Positions 1 through 13,949 of a DNA stretch of 64,000 bases are shown here, piece by piece. Origin of the DNA: Sphyrna mokarran (lineage: Eukaryota); contig JAGIQG010000002.1 in the NCBI GenBank assembly GCA_024679065.1, positions 65,906,001 through 65,970,000 on the forward strand, written 5' to 3'. The position numbers and the translations under genes were made by a program. The notes below the pieces were generated by a model that saw only the letters and a program-made list of their open reading frames with translations, was not told where the DNA came from and made no database searches. Position 1 is the stretch's first letter; each line of letters starts with the position of its first letter.

Positions 1-1802
1 AATTAGTCTTGCATACACGCCTCCCCCACTATCCTGTTTGACAGAATGCCACAGTAGATCCCAGTAATACTAAAAAAAAATCATTGTCATCACACCTCTT
101 GCAACCAGTAACATGATGCAAGGCTTGGTCCTCAGATATTTGCAAACTATATCAAGAACGTTCTTGGGGAGAGCTTATGAAATATATATTGATGTATGTT
201 GGGAAAGTAACTTGCGATAAGGATACAAAATTGCTGCATAGAGATAAATACAGTCTAACTGCATGGGCAAGGAAGTGGCCAATGGCATATAAATGATAGA
301 AATGTGTACTTTGGAAGAATAGAAAACCTATTTTGAAAAATAAGAGCTAAGTATATGTTGGTAGAAATCTGGATGTTCTCCTAGATAAATCACACAGGAA
401 TCAAATCTGGTGCACTATATATGATGACTCTCCATCCATCCAGGAATAGGCAGGGAACTGCATAATTGACAGGTTGGTGGGGAGGGAATTGGGCCTGCCG
501 GAATGGGGGAGGAGGAAGGAGGTGATGTTAGCAAATGCGCACTGGCCCATTCAGCACTATGCTGCAGGTCTTCTGGGCATGTATAGGCTACCCCCCTGAT
601 TTTTAGCACAATTTATGCCAGTTTCTTTTCCAATCTCCCACTAAAAACGCCCATGTGATTTACTCCAGTTTTCACGCAAGTTCAGCACTTAGACTTTTTT
701 TGGGAGAATCCTGGCCATGGTTTTGATCTACTTGTTTCCTTTATAGGGACTGCAATAAGGATTGATTGTATTGATTCTTATGGCATTCCTCTCACTCCAT
801 TAGGAGAAATAAATTGAGTCAGTGATGGTTGATCTTATTGAAGAGTATAAAGTTCTCAGAAAGCTTGAGTCTCAGGATGTCGGGGGATTCATTTAATTCT
901 GAAATGAGAAATTTCTTCACTGAAAGTTGTAAACCTTTGGAATTGTCTATCTCCAAGGACCATGGTGGTTAGGGACAATAACACAATTCAAGACTGTAAA
1001 CTTTCTGGAACAGCCAGATGCTTTGCTAGAGTGGATGTATGGAAGTGAAGCCAAAAGATTGCAAAGTTTATGTAAGGTGCAAAAGAAGGATTGGAATTAC
1101 CTAGTTTTTCTTTTACATTTTCTATGTATCATTGGCTACTCTAACAAAACATTCAAATATTAAAATTAGACATTCTAATATGCCATTTTGTTTCTATTTC
1201 AAAATAGTTTTGAAAAGTGAGCAATAATCTTAGCAGGAATGTTGACATGAGATGAGTTGTTGATACTTCCACCATGAGTGTTTTGGTACTTCGATATGGA
1301 AGTTGAATGAATTGAGAAATAATATTGGGTTTCTTTCGAGTCCCTTGGCTCTTATTCTGTGTCATTTGAAGTTTCATTAGTTATGCCAGTTGTTTAACTT
1401 TTGATCTGAGGAAATAAACATTATTGTTTAAAACCAGATGCTTAAATGTGGTAAAGTTGGGAGAAGCCATCTGATTAAGATGGGTCTTGCATGGTGTCAG
1501 TTGCTAGTGTGCAATACCCTAGTATCCAGTGTAATATTTGAATATCCTAATAGCTTTTGCAAGTCACTGGGATAATACTTATTCATATCTATATCAATGG
1601 TGAATTGTATTTGGGGAAGAAAAATGTACAGTTACAATGGGTAATTTCAAAATTATTTGTACCTAATTGTATAAGTTTAATATAGTGACAGCTGTTTAAG
1701 AGTTCAGAGAATCACTTTTTTTTTAAATGCACAAATTTATGAAGGAAGTCTGGAGAATTAGAATCAAAAGATTATATAGAATGTACAATGTAGAAACTGG
1801 TC

Positions 1803-2122
1803 ATACATAGTGGTGCAGTAGTTAGCATTGCTACTGCACAATGACAGGGACCCAGGTTCAATGTAGGCCTTGAGTCCCTGTCAGTGTGGAGTTTGCACAT
1901 TCTCCCTCTACCTAAGTGGGTTTCCTCCAGGTACTCCAATTTCCTCCAAAGTTCAAAGATGTGTGGTGTAGGTTGATTGGTCGTGATAAATTGACCCTAG
2001 TGTCGAGGGGATTAGTAGGATAAATATGTGGGATTGCGGAAATAAGGCCTGGGTGGGATTGTGATCGGTGCAGACTCGATGGGCCAAATGGCCTGCTTCA
2101 GCACTGTAGGGATTCTATGATT
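1803..2122 (+). mobile_element. tRNA-derived V-domain SINE (HE1-like), CR1-type tail
   Basis: A/B-box-like head (tggtgcagtagttagc...ggttcaat), V core gtgtggagtttgcacattctccc, tail gggccaaatggcct...ctgtagggattctatga. Confidence 0.85.
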
Positions 2123-3072
2123 GAGTTCTCAACTGCTTGTATAATGGGGAAGTAAAATTTTAATCTATTGCCCAACTGCCACTGGTTGTCAAGAAATGGA
2201 TTTCCACGAAACATTGACTTAATGAATCAAAAAACACTACCCATTCAATTACGGCTGTTATGGTTAGCAGACATTTTGCAGACATGGAATCAAAAATTTA
2301 CAGCACAGAACACCATTCACTCCATCATGTCTGCTGGCTGAGAAAGAACAATTTGCCTAATCTCTCTTGGTCTGTAGCCTTATAGTTTGTGTATTTCTAG
2401 TGCATATTGAAGTACATTTTTTAAATGTGAAGAGCATTTGAAATTTTCACCACCACCTGTGTGAAAAATTCTCTTCAGTAGCTCTGATCTTTCTACCAAT
2501 TACTTTCGAGTCTATATATACTGATTATTGATGTCCCTGCTAAGGGAAATAAATCCTGCTCTTATTTAGACACTGCATAATCTTATACTCAATTAAATTT
2601 TCCTCTCGACATTCTCTGTTCAAAAGAAAACAACTTCAACCTATCCAATCTTGCCTCTTAGTTAAAATTGTGCAGTCCTGACAATATCCTCTCTGTAGCT
2701 CAGTCAACGTTTCTTCTTTTGACTTGGCTGAAAAGACTCGTGCTATTATCATCTAGTCATTTAATAATATAATACAGAACTTGAACATTGCCTTTTTAAA
2801 AAAAAGAGAAATGCCATTGAAACTTTTCCTCTTGCCAAGAAGTATTAGCTGTACCAATCATCAACCTCTTCTCATGCAGGATAAATTGTTGTTCTCTTTG
2901 ACATTTGCTATTCTTGCAAATCCATTCTGATGAGCACAAGACAAAAGCTTTGACAGCACGGCTCTTATTTTTTCAGCTGTACTGTTTCCATTTCTTGAAT
3001 AGTAAATGTGGAAAGTTTCCATCCCCATATTTAGAAAATCTATCTGTGACATACTGTGGATAAATATTGTAA

Positions 3073-3350
3073 GCAGTCTCAATGCCAGATTAAAGGTCAA
3101 CAGGTTTATTCAGAATCATAAGGTTTCGGAGCGCTCTCCTTCATCAGGTGAGTGGAGAGGTAGGTTTCACAAACATGGCATATATAGTAAAGACACAATT
3201 GCAAGATAACGGTTGAAATGAGTCTTTTCAGGTGAGTGGCACAGCGCTCAAAGTTCATGAAGTCAAATAAACCTGTTGGACTCTAACCTGATGTTGTAAG
3301 GCTTCTAGCTGTGCCTAACTCAATCTAGCACTAGCATTTCCACATCATTG
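3073..3350. mobile_element. Penelope-derived short inverted-repeat element with hammerhead core
   Basis: Arms caacaggtttatt / aataaacctgttg; minus-strand CTGATGA-aGGAG-agcg-CTCC-GAAA at 3124-3147. Confidence 0.7.
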
Positions 3351-3494
3351 ATAAACATTGACAAAAAAAGAAAATGTAATTGTGTTTTGATTATTGTATA
3401 GCTACATATTCCTTATTCAAATTAAATTCTTCTGTGTACCACTTTTGATTATCCCAATTCTGGATCTTTCCTTGAATACAAAATCACATCTGCT

Positions 3495-3750
3495 TTTTCA
3501 AGTTACTCTAAAAATCCCCAAGTTACCACACTCTGGCACCTGTTCGGGCACACTGAGGGAGAATTTAGCACGGCCAGTGCATCTAACCAGCACACATTTC
3601 AACCTATGGGAGGAAACCAGAGCATCTGGAGTAAACCTACGCAGACACTGAGCGAACACAGACTCTGCACAGACAGTGGTCCAAGCTGGGAATTGAACAT
3701 GGTCCCTGGTACTCTGAGGCAACAATGCTAACCACTGTGCCACTGTACCA
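3495..3750 (-). mobile_element. V-domain tRNA-SINE (second tail type)
   Basis: Reverse complement of head gtggcacagtggttagcattgttgcctc and of V core; tail end at ~3500. Confidence 0.8.
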
Positions 3751-4029
3751 CAAATGGAATGATCTTCAAACCAAGATTGGAAAGTGAAGAATAAGGCACC
3801 ATCAGGTAGAATTGCTAGTCGAGTATAAAGACAAACAGGATGGACTTGAGTATTTTTGTACCGAACGTTCTATGTTTCTGTCTCGAGATGTGGTCATCAA
3901 AAATCTTTACATTTATTATAATGTTGGAAGTACTATAGCATTCTTGATAGTTATTGTAACTACAGTCTCTGTGATAATCTACAAAACGACATAATTATAA
4001 GGCATAATTATAGGATAATGGAGGGAGAT

Positions 4030-4250
4030 ATAGGAGGTATGTCTGAAGCAGGTTCTTTACTCAGAGAGTGATTGGGATGTGGAATGGACTGCCTGTCGTG
4101 ATAGTAGAGTTGGACACTTAGTAACTTTCAAGCAGTTATTAGATAGGCATGTGATAGGGAGTGGGATAACTTGATCTTGATTTCGGACAAAGCTCGGCAC
4201 AACATTGAGGGCCAAAGGGCCTGTACTGTGTTATACTGTTCCATGTTCTA
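4030..4250 (+). mobile_element. CR1 LINE 3' end fragment
   Basis: aggttctttactcagagagtg (RFFTQRV) and tail gggccaaagggcctgtactgtg...tgttcta. Confidence 0.8.
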
Positions 4251-6256
4251 ACAGCCAGGCAGTTCATTAAGATACTCCATCCAGATGTATTGTATGTTAG
4301 TGAACCATCTGACAGCCATGCAAAGAAACCTGCAGCCCATTGTTTCAAAGGAACTCCGAAAGAGCAAACAAACGAACCTCCAAGAGATCTTGGCCAGAAT
4401 TCTCTGAACCTCGCCTGGAGTTGGGATTCTTCAGTGGATATCTACAATGCGTGGAGATTTAGCTGAGCATCAAATTCTCCATTCTTGCTGGCAGCAGCAG
4501 CGGGGTATGCAAGACCAGCCCTTATTACAGATAACTTAGCTTACTTTTTCAACTTGACAAATGTCTGAATGAAGAGGATGTTTTTCACATGTTAGTTTCA
4601 AATGGTGTAGTTTGTCATGTTTAAATAGTCAATGAGGATAATGACTGAGTCAGAGGATAATGACTTAGAGAGGGAAAGCACTTCCTACCAAAGTAAAGCA
4701 ACTCAAGCTGTTGGCTCTTTTTTCATCAAAACAGATAGTTTAACAAGGGATCTAATTAAAGCATTCAAAATTTGGACATTTTCATGATGCAAATAAGAAA
4801 AGTATTTCCACTTGTAAGTGAAAAAGTAAATATGGCATAATTTTCAGATTATCGCAAAGAATGAGAAGCCAGTTTAGAAGAATATTTAAAATGCAATTGT
4901 TAAGGTGCTGAATGCATTGAATGGTTTTTATATGCTGTATTGCATGGTAGAAAAGTATTTTATCCCCTCGTCCTTTTAATATTACAGCTCCATCAATTTT
5001 GAATTGTTAAGATGTTTGTACACTGATGAAAAGTAGTAGTATTGTCGTGAAAGTTAGTTTCTAAACTAAGAAATAGCAAGTTAAAACAATTGATTTTATC
5101 AGGGTTATATAAATTGTATGAGTTTTGTTCCCATCAAGTTCAAACTGTTCTGCATGTATATAAATGCAACATATATATTGTGAATGTAAGCCAATATATT
5201 ATACACAATATATACCCAAACTGAATTCTTTAATTATGATATTATGGTGCACAATAACTTGTAATGAAATATTCATCTGGTTTAATTTAGTTCGCTGTGA
5301 AACCATTCTTTGTTTGTTTAAGAGCACAGTGCTTATTTTTCTATCTTACTAAAAATTAGAAATCTTGTATCTAGCAGATGGGAAAATTGTTCCATCACAT
5401 TTCAAAGAATCACTCATGCACCAAAGCTTGCAACTGATGGCTCATTTATTCAACATTTAATAAGCATGTGATTCATTCGAAGATAGGTCAGAGAAATTGT
5501 CACTTCGCCTATGAAATTGTCACTATGCATAGGAAAATGTATAAAGTACTATCACTAATCACAAACCAGCCAATTTAATCTCACAAATCTGTTTCAAAGT
5601 TACCAGTCTGAAACCAATCTGAAACTAGCCAGTCAAATCACTTAAGCATTTTTAAAATTATTTTTGTCTTCCTTCCTTGATGCAAATCTGTATATCTAGC
5701 TTAAGGTAGTACAACAAATCTATTTCAAAATTTTGAGATGCTGGAGGAAATAAATCGCTACATTTTGTCATAAAATTGGTCATTTGGTGCCAGGCATGCC
5801 TGGAGGAAGTTTTCATATATAAGATTGCTACTTCTGGACCAGAGACTTATATTCTGCTAAGACTTGAAGTAGAAAATGTTTTTTGAATGCTGGGAGCATC
5901 CAACCCCTTTTTGGTGTATCCCATCTGTATGTGTGAAATGCATTAAGCAGTCACTGTTTTTTGCCTTTTTCCCTGTGGAATTATAGTACTTAAATAGTAT
6001 CATAACTTCTTGCATGAAAACCAAAAGGTTTACAAATTACATTGAGACACGTTTTTTATATTTTATCAAATAAAAATTCTCAAGTAACCGTTATTTGGGA
6101 TTAAGTTTTTTTCGACCTCAGTATTACAAATTGAAACAGTGTGGATGGTGAGTGACCATCAGTTTAAAATGTTGATGACTGAAGACTGTGGAGGTGGCTA
6201 TTCCTAATCTTTATCTGTACTGTGGAGATTTGGGTGAATACAATAAAAGTGTTTCA

Positions 6257-6395
6257 GTACCAGATTAAAGTCCAACAGATATATCTGGAATCATGAGCTT
6301 TTGGAGTGCTGCTACTTCATCAGCTGAGTGGAGCAGTGCTCTGAAAGCTCGTGATTTTGGACTTTAACCTGAGTTGTGAGACTTGTTACTTTATC
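6257..6395. mobile_element. Penelope-derived palindromic element (degenerate)
   Basis: ttaaagtccaa / ttggactttaa arms; mutated hammerhead core. Confidence 0.6.
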
Positions 6396-6409
6396 CATGC
6401 TGATTCTTC

Positions 6410-7640
6410 TAGCTGTTTTTCTGAACCAATTTTCCTTTTTCAGTAATGTCCTTGGACCACCTTTATTATCAGGGTCAATCATCCTCATCCATTTTTTTTA
6501 ATTGTTATGTATCCTGGAATAGTATTTTTCAGTTATCTTATAACCGTGTCTCTGCAAAGGCCCTCAGACTTAAACTGTTGGTCTCTATTTATGCCGCTAA
6601 TGCAGTTAATATTTTGTGAATGCTCTTCACATTCAGATAAAATGGCATCAATTTTATTTTTTCATAATATTCCTTTATACTTTGCATTATTACCATTAAA
6701 CTGTCAATCACTTCCTGTCTTTTTAACTTTTGTCTTTGTCTTTTTAACTTTTTTTGTCTTTGTCTTTATAACTTTTATACCAATATACATTTCCATTGCC
6801 TTGAATTCTATTTTGGGTTTTAAATCTCCTTTCACCCAATTTCCCCTCCTCCTTCACTTTTTAAAGTAATTTTAAAGTAATTTCAATGCACTGATCATGG
6901 TGACTGATGCACTCTTACGTTTGTGTATTCTTTCCCTTCTTATCACACTTCTGGTTACCTTTAGCCATATCGGTAGCCTGCGTTGTCTTTTCTCTTTAAC
7001 TTTTTGAATGTCTCCTTGTGTGAACTCCAACCCATTGTGTGAATTAAAGCCTGCCTTATAACCCTAATTGTATGGTTTTGACAGGATACTGGTTCCAATA
7101 TGGTCTTAAGTGAGCATCATGCCAATACATTAGCTTCTTCTTTCCTCTGTATTGCTGCCGTTCCCATGAATCAAAACCCATTTTTTCCGCATCTGTCTTT
7201 GATCTGTGTTATGCCTGATTGCTTGTGACGACAGAGATTGTTGCCTTTTGATTCTGCTTTTTAATTTGGTCTTAAGCTGCTCATATTCCCTCAACAGGAT
7301 CACTTTCTTAATCCTATGTTTGTCATTGGTACCCATCAGGACCACTACATCTGGATCCTTCCATTCCCATTCCACGTTCATCTCCAATGTCAAGAAGATG
7401 TCCTTAATCCTGATGATGTGCAGGCAACAATCATCAAGACACTGGCAGTAGAGAACATTATTCCCCTAACTAGACTATAAATATATTCGTTTTTACTGCC
7501 TGCACTTGAATGACTCCCTGCAACAGTTCTGGGTCAGTTTGCTCATCCACTCCACTCTTATACACACAAGAACCTTGAACCTGTTGGGAAATTGCAGGGA
7601 TTGGAGGTTCTGAGTTCCCGTATCTGCCTCATTCACTGTT
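6410..7640 (-). mobile_element. Decayed CR1 LINE including ORF1 SGNH-esterase remnant
   Basis: ORF 7130-7393 DPDVVVLMGTNDK...EYEQLKTKLKSR resembles the CR1 ORF1 esterase (VVVHVGTND). Confidence 0.65.
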
Positions 7641-7649
7641 ATTAATTAC

Positions 7650-7990
7650 CCTTGAAATGTATTCACTGTTGTAAAGTATGTCATATGGTGGCCAATTTGC
7701 ATAGGGCAATCTGCCATAAATGATTAAATGGTAAATGACCAGTTAATTTACTTTTAGATATTATTTGAAGGATAACATCAAGATGCTGGGCAAAATCATC
7801 TGTATTTTTTTGAATGGGACTATAGGATCCACAGCACCAATTTGAGAGGATGGAGTCTTAACATCCCATTCAAAAGGCTGAATTTCCACAGTGCAGCACT
7901 CCCTAAATGTGTTAAATTATCTGCTCAATTCTCTGGAATGGGACCTGAACTCTGACCCTTCCAGCTCTGGTTAGAGTGAATGGTGAAGCA
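7650..7990 (-). mobile_element. Deu-domain tRNA-SINE (SacSINE1-like), decayed
   Basis: Reverse complement contains gggagtgctgcactgtgga...ggatgttaa core and a tRNA head. Confidence 0.6.
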
Positions 7991-9687
7991 GTGAGAATTA
8001 AACAATGCTATTTAATGTTAGTTAAAAATAATTATGAATTAAAAAATTTCTCACAATATCATATTAGTGGTAGAAAAGATATGAAAAATATCCAATTTAG
8101 TTGAAAACTGAGTTGCAGTTTGGAACAGGTCTTTCCTACTGCAAGTCTCCTCTGCCAGTCGGTTCCTATAGGAAGCAAAAGAAAATTGCAAAGAGATAGC
8201 AAAAACAAAATGGCACACACCAAAGATTGGCTATTTGTGTAAGTGAAAACTGTTGAACAGTTTGCCAAATACTCTGCGTGACACATTTTGGCTGCTATTT
8301 TAAAACAAATCAACTAAATTAGTGAGCAAAGTATTTTCATGCATATGTTAATAATTACATGGTATAGCCAATGCGTGAACCTATTAAGATCTAAGTATGT
8401 AATGTAGCACTGCCAGATACCTGGCACCATTCCTGGCCTCACTTGACATACATTAGCGTTTTCAACTGCAAGCATAGATTCTAATTTAGAATATATTAAG
8501 AAACAAAATGCACTTTGAGTGAGATGCTCACAGACTTGGCCCTCTAACTCTGCACAAACAGCCAGGATTCAGATTGCATGTGGCCATGTCCAGTTGGTGC
8601 TCGTACATAGCAATGCCCCACAATCGAACAGTTATATGTTTACCTCATGTAGTGTCACTACGTGTGCAGTCGCTGTCATCTTTGCAAATAGCAGAATTGG
8701 CATCAACAAATAACACACTGCTTTAATCATCCAGTTGATTACACCAGCCCTCTGCATCAGCAGGCACGCAGACACACAAAGGTTAATGCAATGAATCCTG
8801 CACTTGGTGAACACATTGATAAAATGTCCAGTGTTATTAACAGAAAGTACGCTGGCCATAAACACTACAACACCAACAACCAGTGTAATCACACATTCAG
8901 TGCATCTGGGCAGGCTGAATACCAGATTCCATTATTTTCTACCACTTAGCCTAGAACTAACTTTCAAATTTTGGCATTTCTTTCCAATAGAAGAAATGTG
9001 TGTGGGGATGGTGGGAAGGAGGAGATGTGAAAGCTGTGTACTAGTAGCTACAGCTTAACCCATGCCTCTTGTTTGTTGAATTGTATGTCACACAACTCTG
9101 TACATAGTTTCCTGTTACGCACACTGTTGTATCTCATGCTACTGAGTCTCCCAACTAAACAGGGAAGGTACAGACCGAATGAGAGTGCAATGATGCCTCT
9201 ACAAGAGAGGTCATGTGGCAGGAGCATGACTTGTCCCGAGGAGCACAGGCAGAACAGTGTTGTATATAGCTGTTGAGCTTGGATAAACTACTTTTGTTGA
9301 AAGTTCTTGTTAACCGTGAGGAAACCCACAATTTTCTCCAGTATCAGTCCCAGTGTGAAGAAGGATTTTGTTTCAACAATTTGAAGATAGTACACAGAAA
9401 ACTGTTGCAACTCAGCATTTAGAAACCCAGAAAGGAATCCATCTCTGAACGAACAATATCATTTTCATTCATCTTTGAATTCTTAGTAGAAACTAAACTT
9501 TGGTAGGATATATTGGAATGGTGATCTCATGTAAAACTTGTTTGGAAATATCATCGAACAGTCTTCAAAAAATCGTAATATTTTCATTGTGCAATGCTAC
9601 TGCATTGTTGTTACACTTTCTAAAAAATTATTATCGAAGATAACTTTGTAAATGTTTTCAACAAAAAGGAATTAAATTGTCTTCTAG

Positions 9688-9895
9688 ATTTTTTGAACAA
9701 GCCTTTAGAGAAGTATGTGAAAAAATTGCAAGTACCTGTTAGGATTTTACGCATGGAACAGCGCTCTGGTTTGATCCGAGCAAGACTGAAAGGAGCAGCA
9801 GCTTCCACAGGACAAGTGATCACATTTTTGGACGCACATTGCGAATGCACATTGGGCTGGCTGGAACCACTACTGGCAAGAATTAAACTGGACAG
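9688..9895 (+). CDS. GALNT1: GALNT1 coding exon (first in window; GT-A catalytic domain with DxH motif)
   Basis: ttctag|AT TTT TTG...GAC AG|gtaaa; 208 nt; (D)[69 protein letters not shown], contains the DAH Mn-binding motif. Confidence 0.97.
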
Positions 9896-10009
9896 GTAAA
9901 AATAATTTAAAGCACAATCATTAAAAGTTTCAGCTGGGCTTCAAATGTTAGTAACATTGTGAACAGGTAACCAGAAGACAAAAAATGAGTTTGCGCTGAA
10001 CAATGATGA

Positions 10010-10320
10010 ATTATTTTTGAAGTGCAGCTACTTTCATTACATAAGGGTGTCATGGACAGCTAATTAAATGAATAACCAACTTTAGTTTATAAAGTTGAAT
10101 GTTTACTAGGTCACTATGCTCATCTTTGAATTTGGCCTGAACAACCTGTACTATGTACCAGCCAGCAGGAACACATCCAAATGATGACATCCTGACAATG
10201 TAGCTCCCCTTCAGTACTGCACAAATGTGTCAGCCTATGTTATGTGTTCAAATCCAGTTCAAGTTCAATATGCAAGTTGAATTCACAATCTGGCAAGAGT
10301 GCTAATAATTGAGCTGAACT
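10010..10320 (-). mobile_element. Deu-domain tRNA-SINE, decayed
   Basis: Reverse complement ataggctgacacatttgtgcagtactgaaggggagctacattgtcag. Confidence 0.6.
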
Positions 10321-10949
10321 GAAACTTCAGACTGACTGCCAATGTTCCGTCTATTAAGTTTTTTTCTGGGCACGGGCCCTTGAAATTTTTTTGCTCAGCT
10401 TCACATGTGCAGTGACTTAAAGTAACCTGTACTCAACCTGCATGGGAATTCCTGGGTTACTGTGCAGCTTAGACAGAACAATGCTGAGTGCTTTTGGTCA
10501 TTAAGGTTTACATTTAAATTCAACATTTTATATTTATTATTTTAGTGTTAGCTGAGCATTATTGCACATAACACATTTTGAGGTCCTGTCAAAAATAACA
10601 CTAATAAAAAATAGGCTTCAAAAATATAAAATCATATCATGTCTCAACAAAGTTATTTTTGATTATTTTGTCTCAGCAAATTAGAAAACTGAATAGATTT
10701 TCTAAACTATAGCTAATAATTAAAGGAAAAGTTTCATTTAATCTGCATATTTAATAATTCTTTATTTAGACATTCTTCATGCCAGTTACTTGTTTGTCAT
10801 TTCCTAGCATTTTGGGAAGTTTGCTCCTCCTGACATCACAGTTTTGCAACATTTCGAACCAGACCCCTGCAGTTTATTGCATTTTTAAAATAGATAGTTA
10901 TAATGTGCTGTAAATTCTTTATTGATATCTAGTATTTTTAATTCTGTTT

Positions 10950-11955
10950 TATTGTTGTTTAGAAAAATAGAAAGTAACAGCTGGAGTGAGGCTATTTGGT
11001 GCTTTAAGCCTACTCTGCCATTTAAAACGATAATGGACATCTATCTTAATGCCATGCTCCCCATACCTCTTGACACCTTCAGAGTCTAGAAATCTATTTC
11101 TTTCTTTAAATATATTCAGTGATCTAGCCTCCAGAGTCTTCTGTGGTAGAGAACTCAATTAGTTCACCATCCTCTGAGTGAAGACATTTTTCCTCATCTT
11201 CATCCTAAATTGCTTATCCTGTATTCTGAGACTATGCCCAGTATTCTCAACTCTCCAATCTACTAAAACAACATTCCTACATCCAGTTTGTCCAAGCCTG
11301 TAGAATTTTAAATATTTCAATTAGGTCCTTCTCATTCTTCTAAATTCTACTGCATACAAGACCAGCCAATCCAATCCAATGTGACAATTCTGCCATCCCA
11401 GAATCACATGCTTACATAGTGGTTACTCTGCTGCCTCACAGCATCTGGGATCTGGGGTCAGTTCCTGGCTTGGGTCACTGTCTAGGTGGAGTGCACATTC
11501 TCCTGATATGTGCGTAAATTTCCTCTGGGTGCTCCAGTTTCCTCCCACAGTTCAAAAAATATGCTGGTTAGATGTATTGGGCGTGCTAAATCCTCTGTGT
11601 ACCTGAACAGGCGATGGAGTTTGGTGACTAGGGGATTTTCATGGTAACTTGATTGCAGTGTTAATGTAAGCCTACTTGTGACACAAATAAATAAACTTAA
11701 AATTAAAAGGATCAATCTGGTGAACCTTTATTGCACACCATTTGTGGCAAATATATTGTTTCTTTGATAAGGAGACTAAAACTGCACTGTATTCCAGGTA
11801 TGGTCTCATTAACATCCTGTCCACCCGCAGTAAGACATCCTTATTCCTTTACTCCAGTCCTGCTGCAATGAAGGCCAACATATCATTTGCCTTCCTAACT
11901 GTTTACTGTATCTACATGCTTGTTTTTTGTGACTGGTATACTAGGACACTTGGGT
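10950..11955 (-). mobile_element. CR1 LINE 3' fragment interrupted by a SINE
   Basis: SLPQKTLEARSLNIFK...RFLD ORF2 C-terminus; PYLEYSAVLVS-like motif near 11770-11805. Confidence 0.75.
11405..11700 (+). mobile_element. V-domain tRNA-SINE (second tail type)
   Basis: tagtggttactctgctgcctcacagc head; tail actaggggattttc...gcagtgttaatgtaagcctacttgtgaca aataaataaac. Confidence 0.85.
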
Positions 11956-12829
11956 AACATTTTTTTCTTCTCTGGTCTTCTCATAGTGCAATTGGTATGA
12001 ACTGACTTAAGTAAGCTTGAACAGACTTAGTAAGCCTGTCAGTACAAAAGAATCTACAATTTTTAGTGCTTGGACACTAGTTTTTCCATAAATACATGCT
12101 CAAATTTCAAGTTCACAAAAAAGATATTTCATAAAGCAATAAATCACTTTAATTTTCTTAGGTGTTCCATCCACAAATAAATAACCCTTGGTATTGCTTT
12201 AATCTCTTGGACTTGTCAGGCAGAATTTTCCAGACCCATCCACCACCGGATTCATGGTGGGCAGGGGATGGAGGACCATGCACAGGTCTCTTGACCTCGG
12301 GCAGAAATTTCTGGCCTTGGGGCGAAGGTGGATGGAAAATCCCACTGGTAATACAAGAATATAAAGACAGAGCAATTGAGTTTCATAGGAAAAGGAGGAG
12401 TAGATCTTTTAGTTCCTTGAGGCTGTTCCACTATTCGATTAGATCATGATTAATATGTGAAATCCATATACCAATTTTTGCTTATATTGCTTAATACATT
12501 TGGTTCGCAAAAATCTATTAATCTTCAATTTTTAAAATTCATGGTTGATCAAGCATCAGTTGGAATTTCTAAAAAATGTTCTTAACTTCCACCACTCTTT
12601 GTAAAGTTATTTAATGTTCATTCCTGAAGACTGGCTCTAACGTTTAGACTTTGTACCCCATTCCTAGTAACCACAATCCTAATTCTAGTACAAACTAACA
12701 TGTTATCGGAATCATCCTGTAAAGAAAACAGTATTTTATAATGCTCCAGATTCTTATTTATTTTAGCTTATATTGGAACCAGGAATCGAGGTAGTCTGTT
12801 AAGCCACATATATTACATCTATACAGAAC

Positions 12830-13220
12830 CTGATCCAAAAAACAATATTCTTGCTACAGTGTGCTTCAGAACTAGCCATGCTCCTAACCAAATTATTCCA
12901 TTATAACTACAAAACTGGCATGTATCCAGCAATATAACAAATTGTCCAGATATGTCCTCCCACTAGAAGCAGGACATCCAACCAACCAATTATTGCCCCA
13001 TCAGTCTACTCTTTTATCAGCAAAGTAATATAAGGTGTTATCAATACTGCTATTAAGTGTCATTTACTGAGCAATAATCTTCTCACTGACACTCAGTTTG
13101 AGTTCTGCCAGGGCTATTCAGTTCCTGGCCTTCGTCCAAACGTAGACAAACAAATTGAATGCAAGTGGTGAGTATGAGAGTAACTGCCATTGACATCAAG
13201 AAAGCATTTGACCAAGAACG
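12830..13220 (+). mobile_element. CR1/L2-group LINE RT fragment
   Basis: aattattgccccatcagtctactc (NYCPISLL) and gccattgacatcaagaaagcatttgac (AIDIKKAFD). Confidence 0.65.
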
Positions 13221-13539
13221 GCATCATTATTTTTGTACTTGTCCACTCATTTTGCCATAATTGGACTGCTCAATCTATTTACTCCTGCACAGGATGCATT
13301 AATAACAACACAGTGACAAAACCAAGAACACACACTGGCTTGTCAGATGTAATACAAAAAAAAGGAGAATTAAAGTGATCCCAAATACTGTTTCTTCCCG
13401 GAAAACAGAATTTGAACTTTTGTTCTAATTTTACTATATCTTTTCAATGTCCAGTGCTTCTATAAAGTATATGGTTACTTTATATGACAAATCCATTTTG
13501 TGATTTCATACTTTCTTAAAGTTGCTTTTGTTCATTCAG

Positions 13540-13710
13540 GAGTACTGTGGTGTGCCCAATAATTGATGTGATTAGTGATGACACATTTGAGTACATGGCA
13601 GGGTCAGACATGACCTATGGTGGATTTAATTGGAAATTGAACTTCCGATGGTATCCTGTACCTCAGAGAGAAATGGATAGAAGGAAAGGAGACCGAACCA
13701 TCCCAGTTAG
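13540..13710 (+). CDS. GALNT1: GALNT1 coding exon
   Basis: ttcag|G AGT ACT GTG...GTT AG|gtaagt; 171 nt; [56 protein letters not shown]; phase fits previous exon. Confidence 0.97.
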
Positions 13711-13949
13711 GTAAGTATGCAATGTGAGCGGTGAAGTACTTTCAAAAGACCGGTTTTCCAATGTTTAGAAAACAATATTGTATCAAAACAAAGTGTAACA
13801 TTTCATACAAATATCTATGGTTTCTTTTTGCTGTACTGATACAATTTGAAATGTCTGATGCGTTTGTTATCGTGTGTCCTTACAGAAAAAGGGGTGTAAA
13901 GGAGAAGATTAGACCAAAGTTCAGAAGTGCAGCAGAAACTAACAAATAA

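Noticed and set aside
1-9687. Upstream GALNT1 exons (TM/stem, FHNEAWSTLLRT block)
   Set aside because: Not found in the window; this part is intron filled with TE remnants
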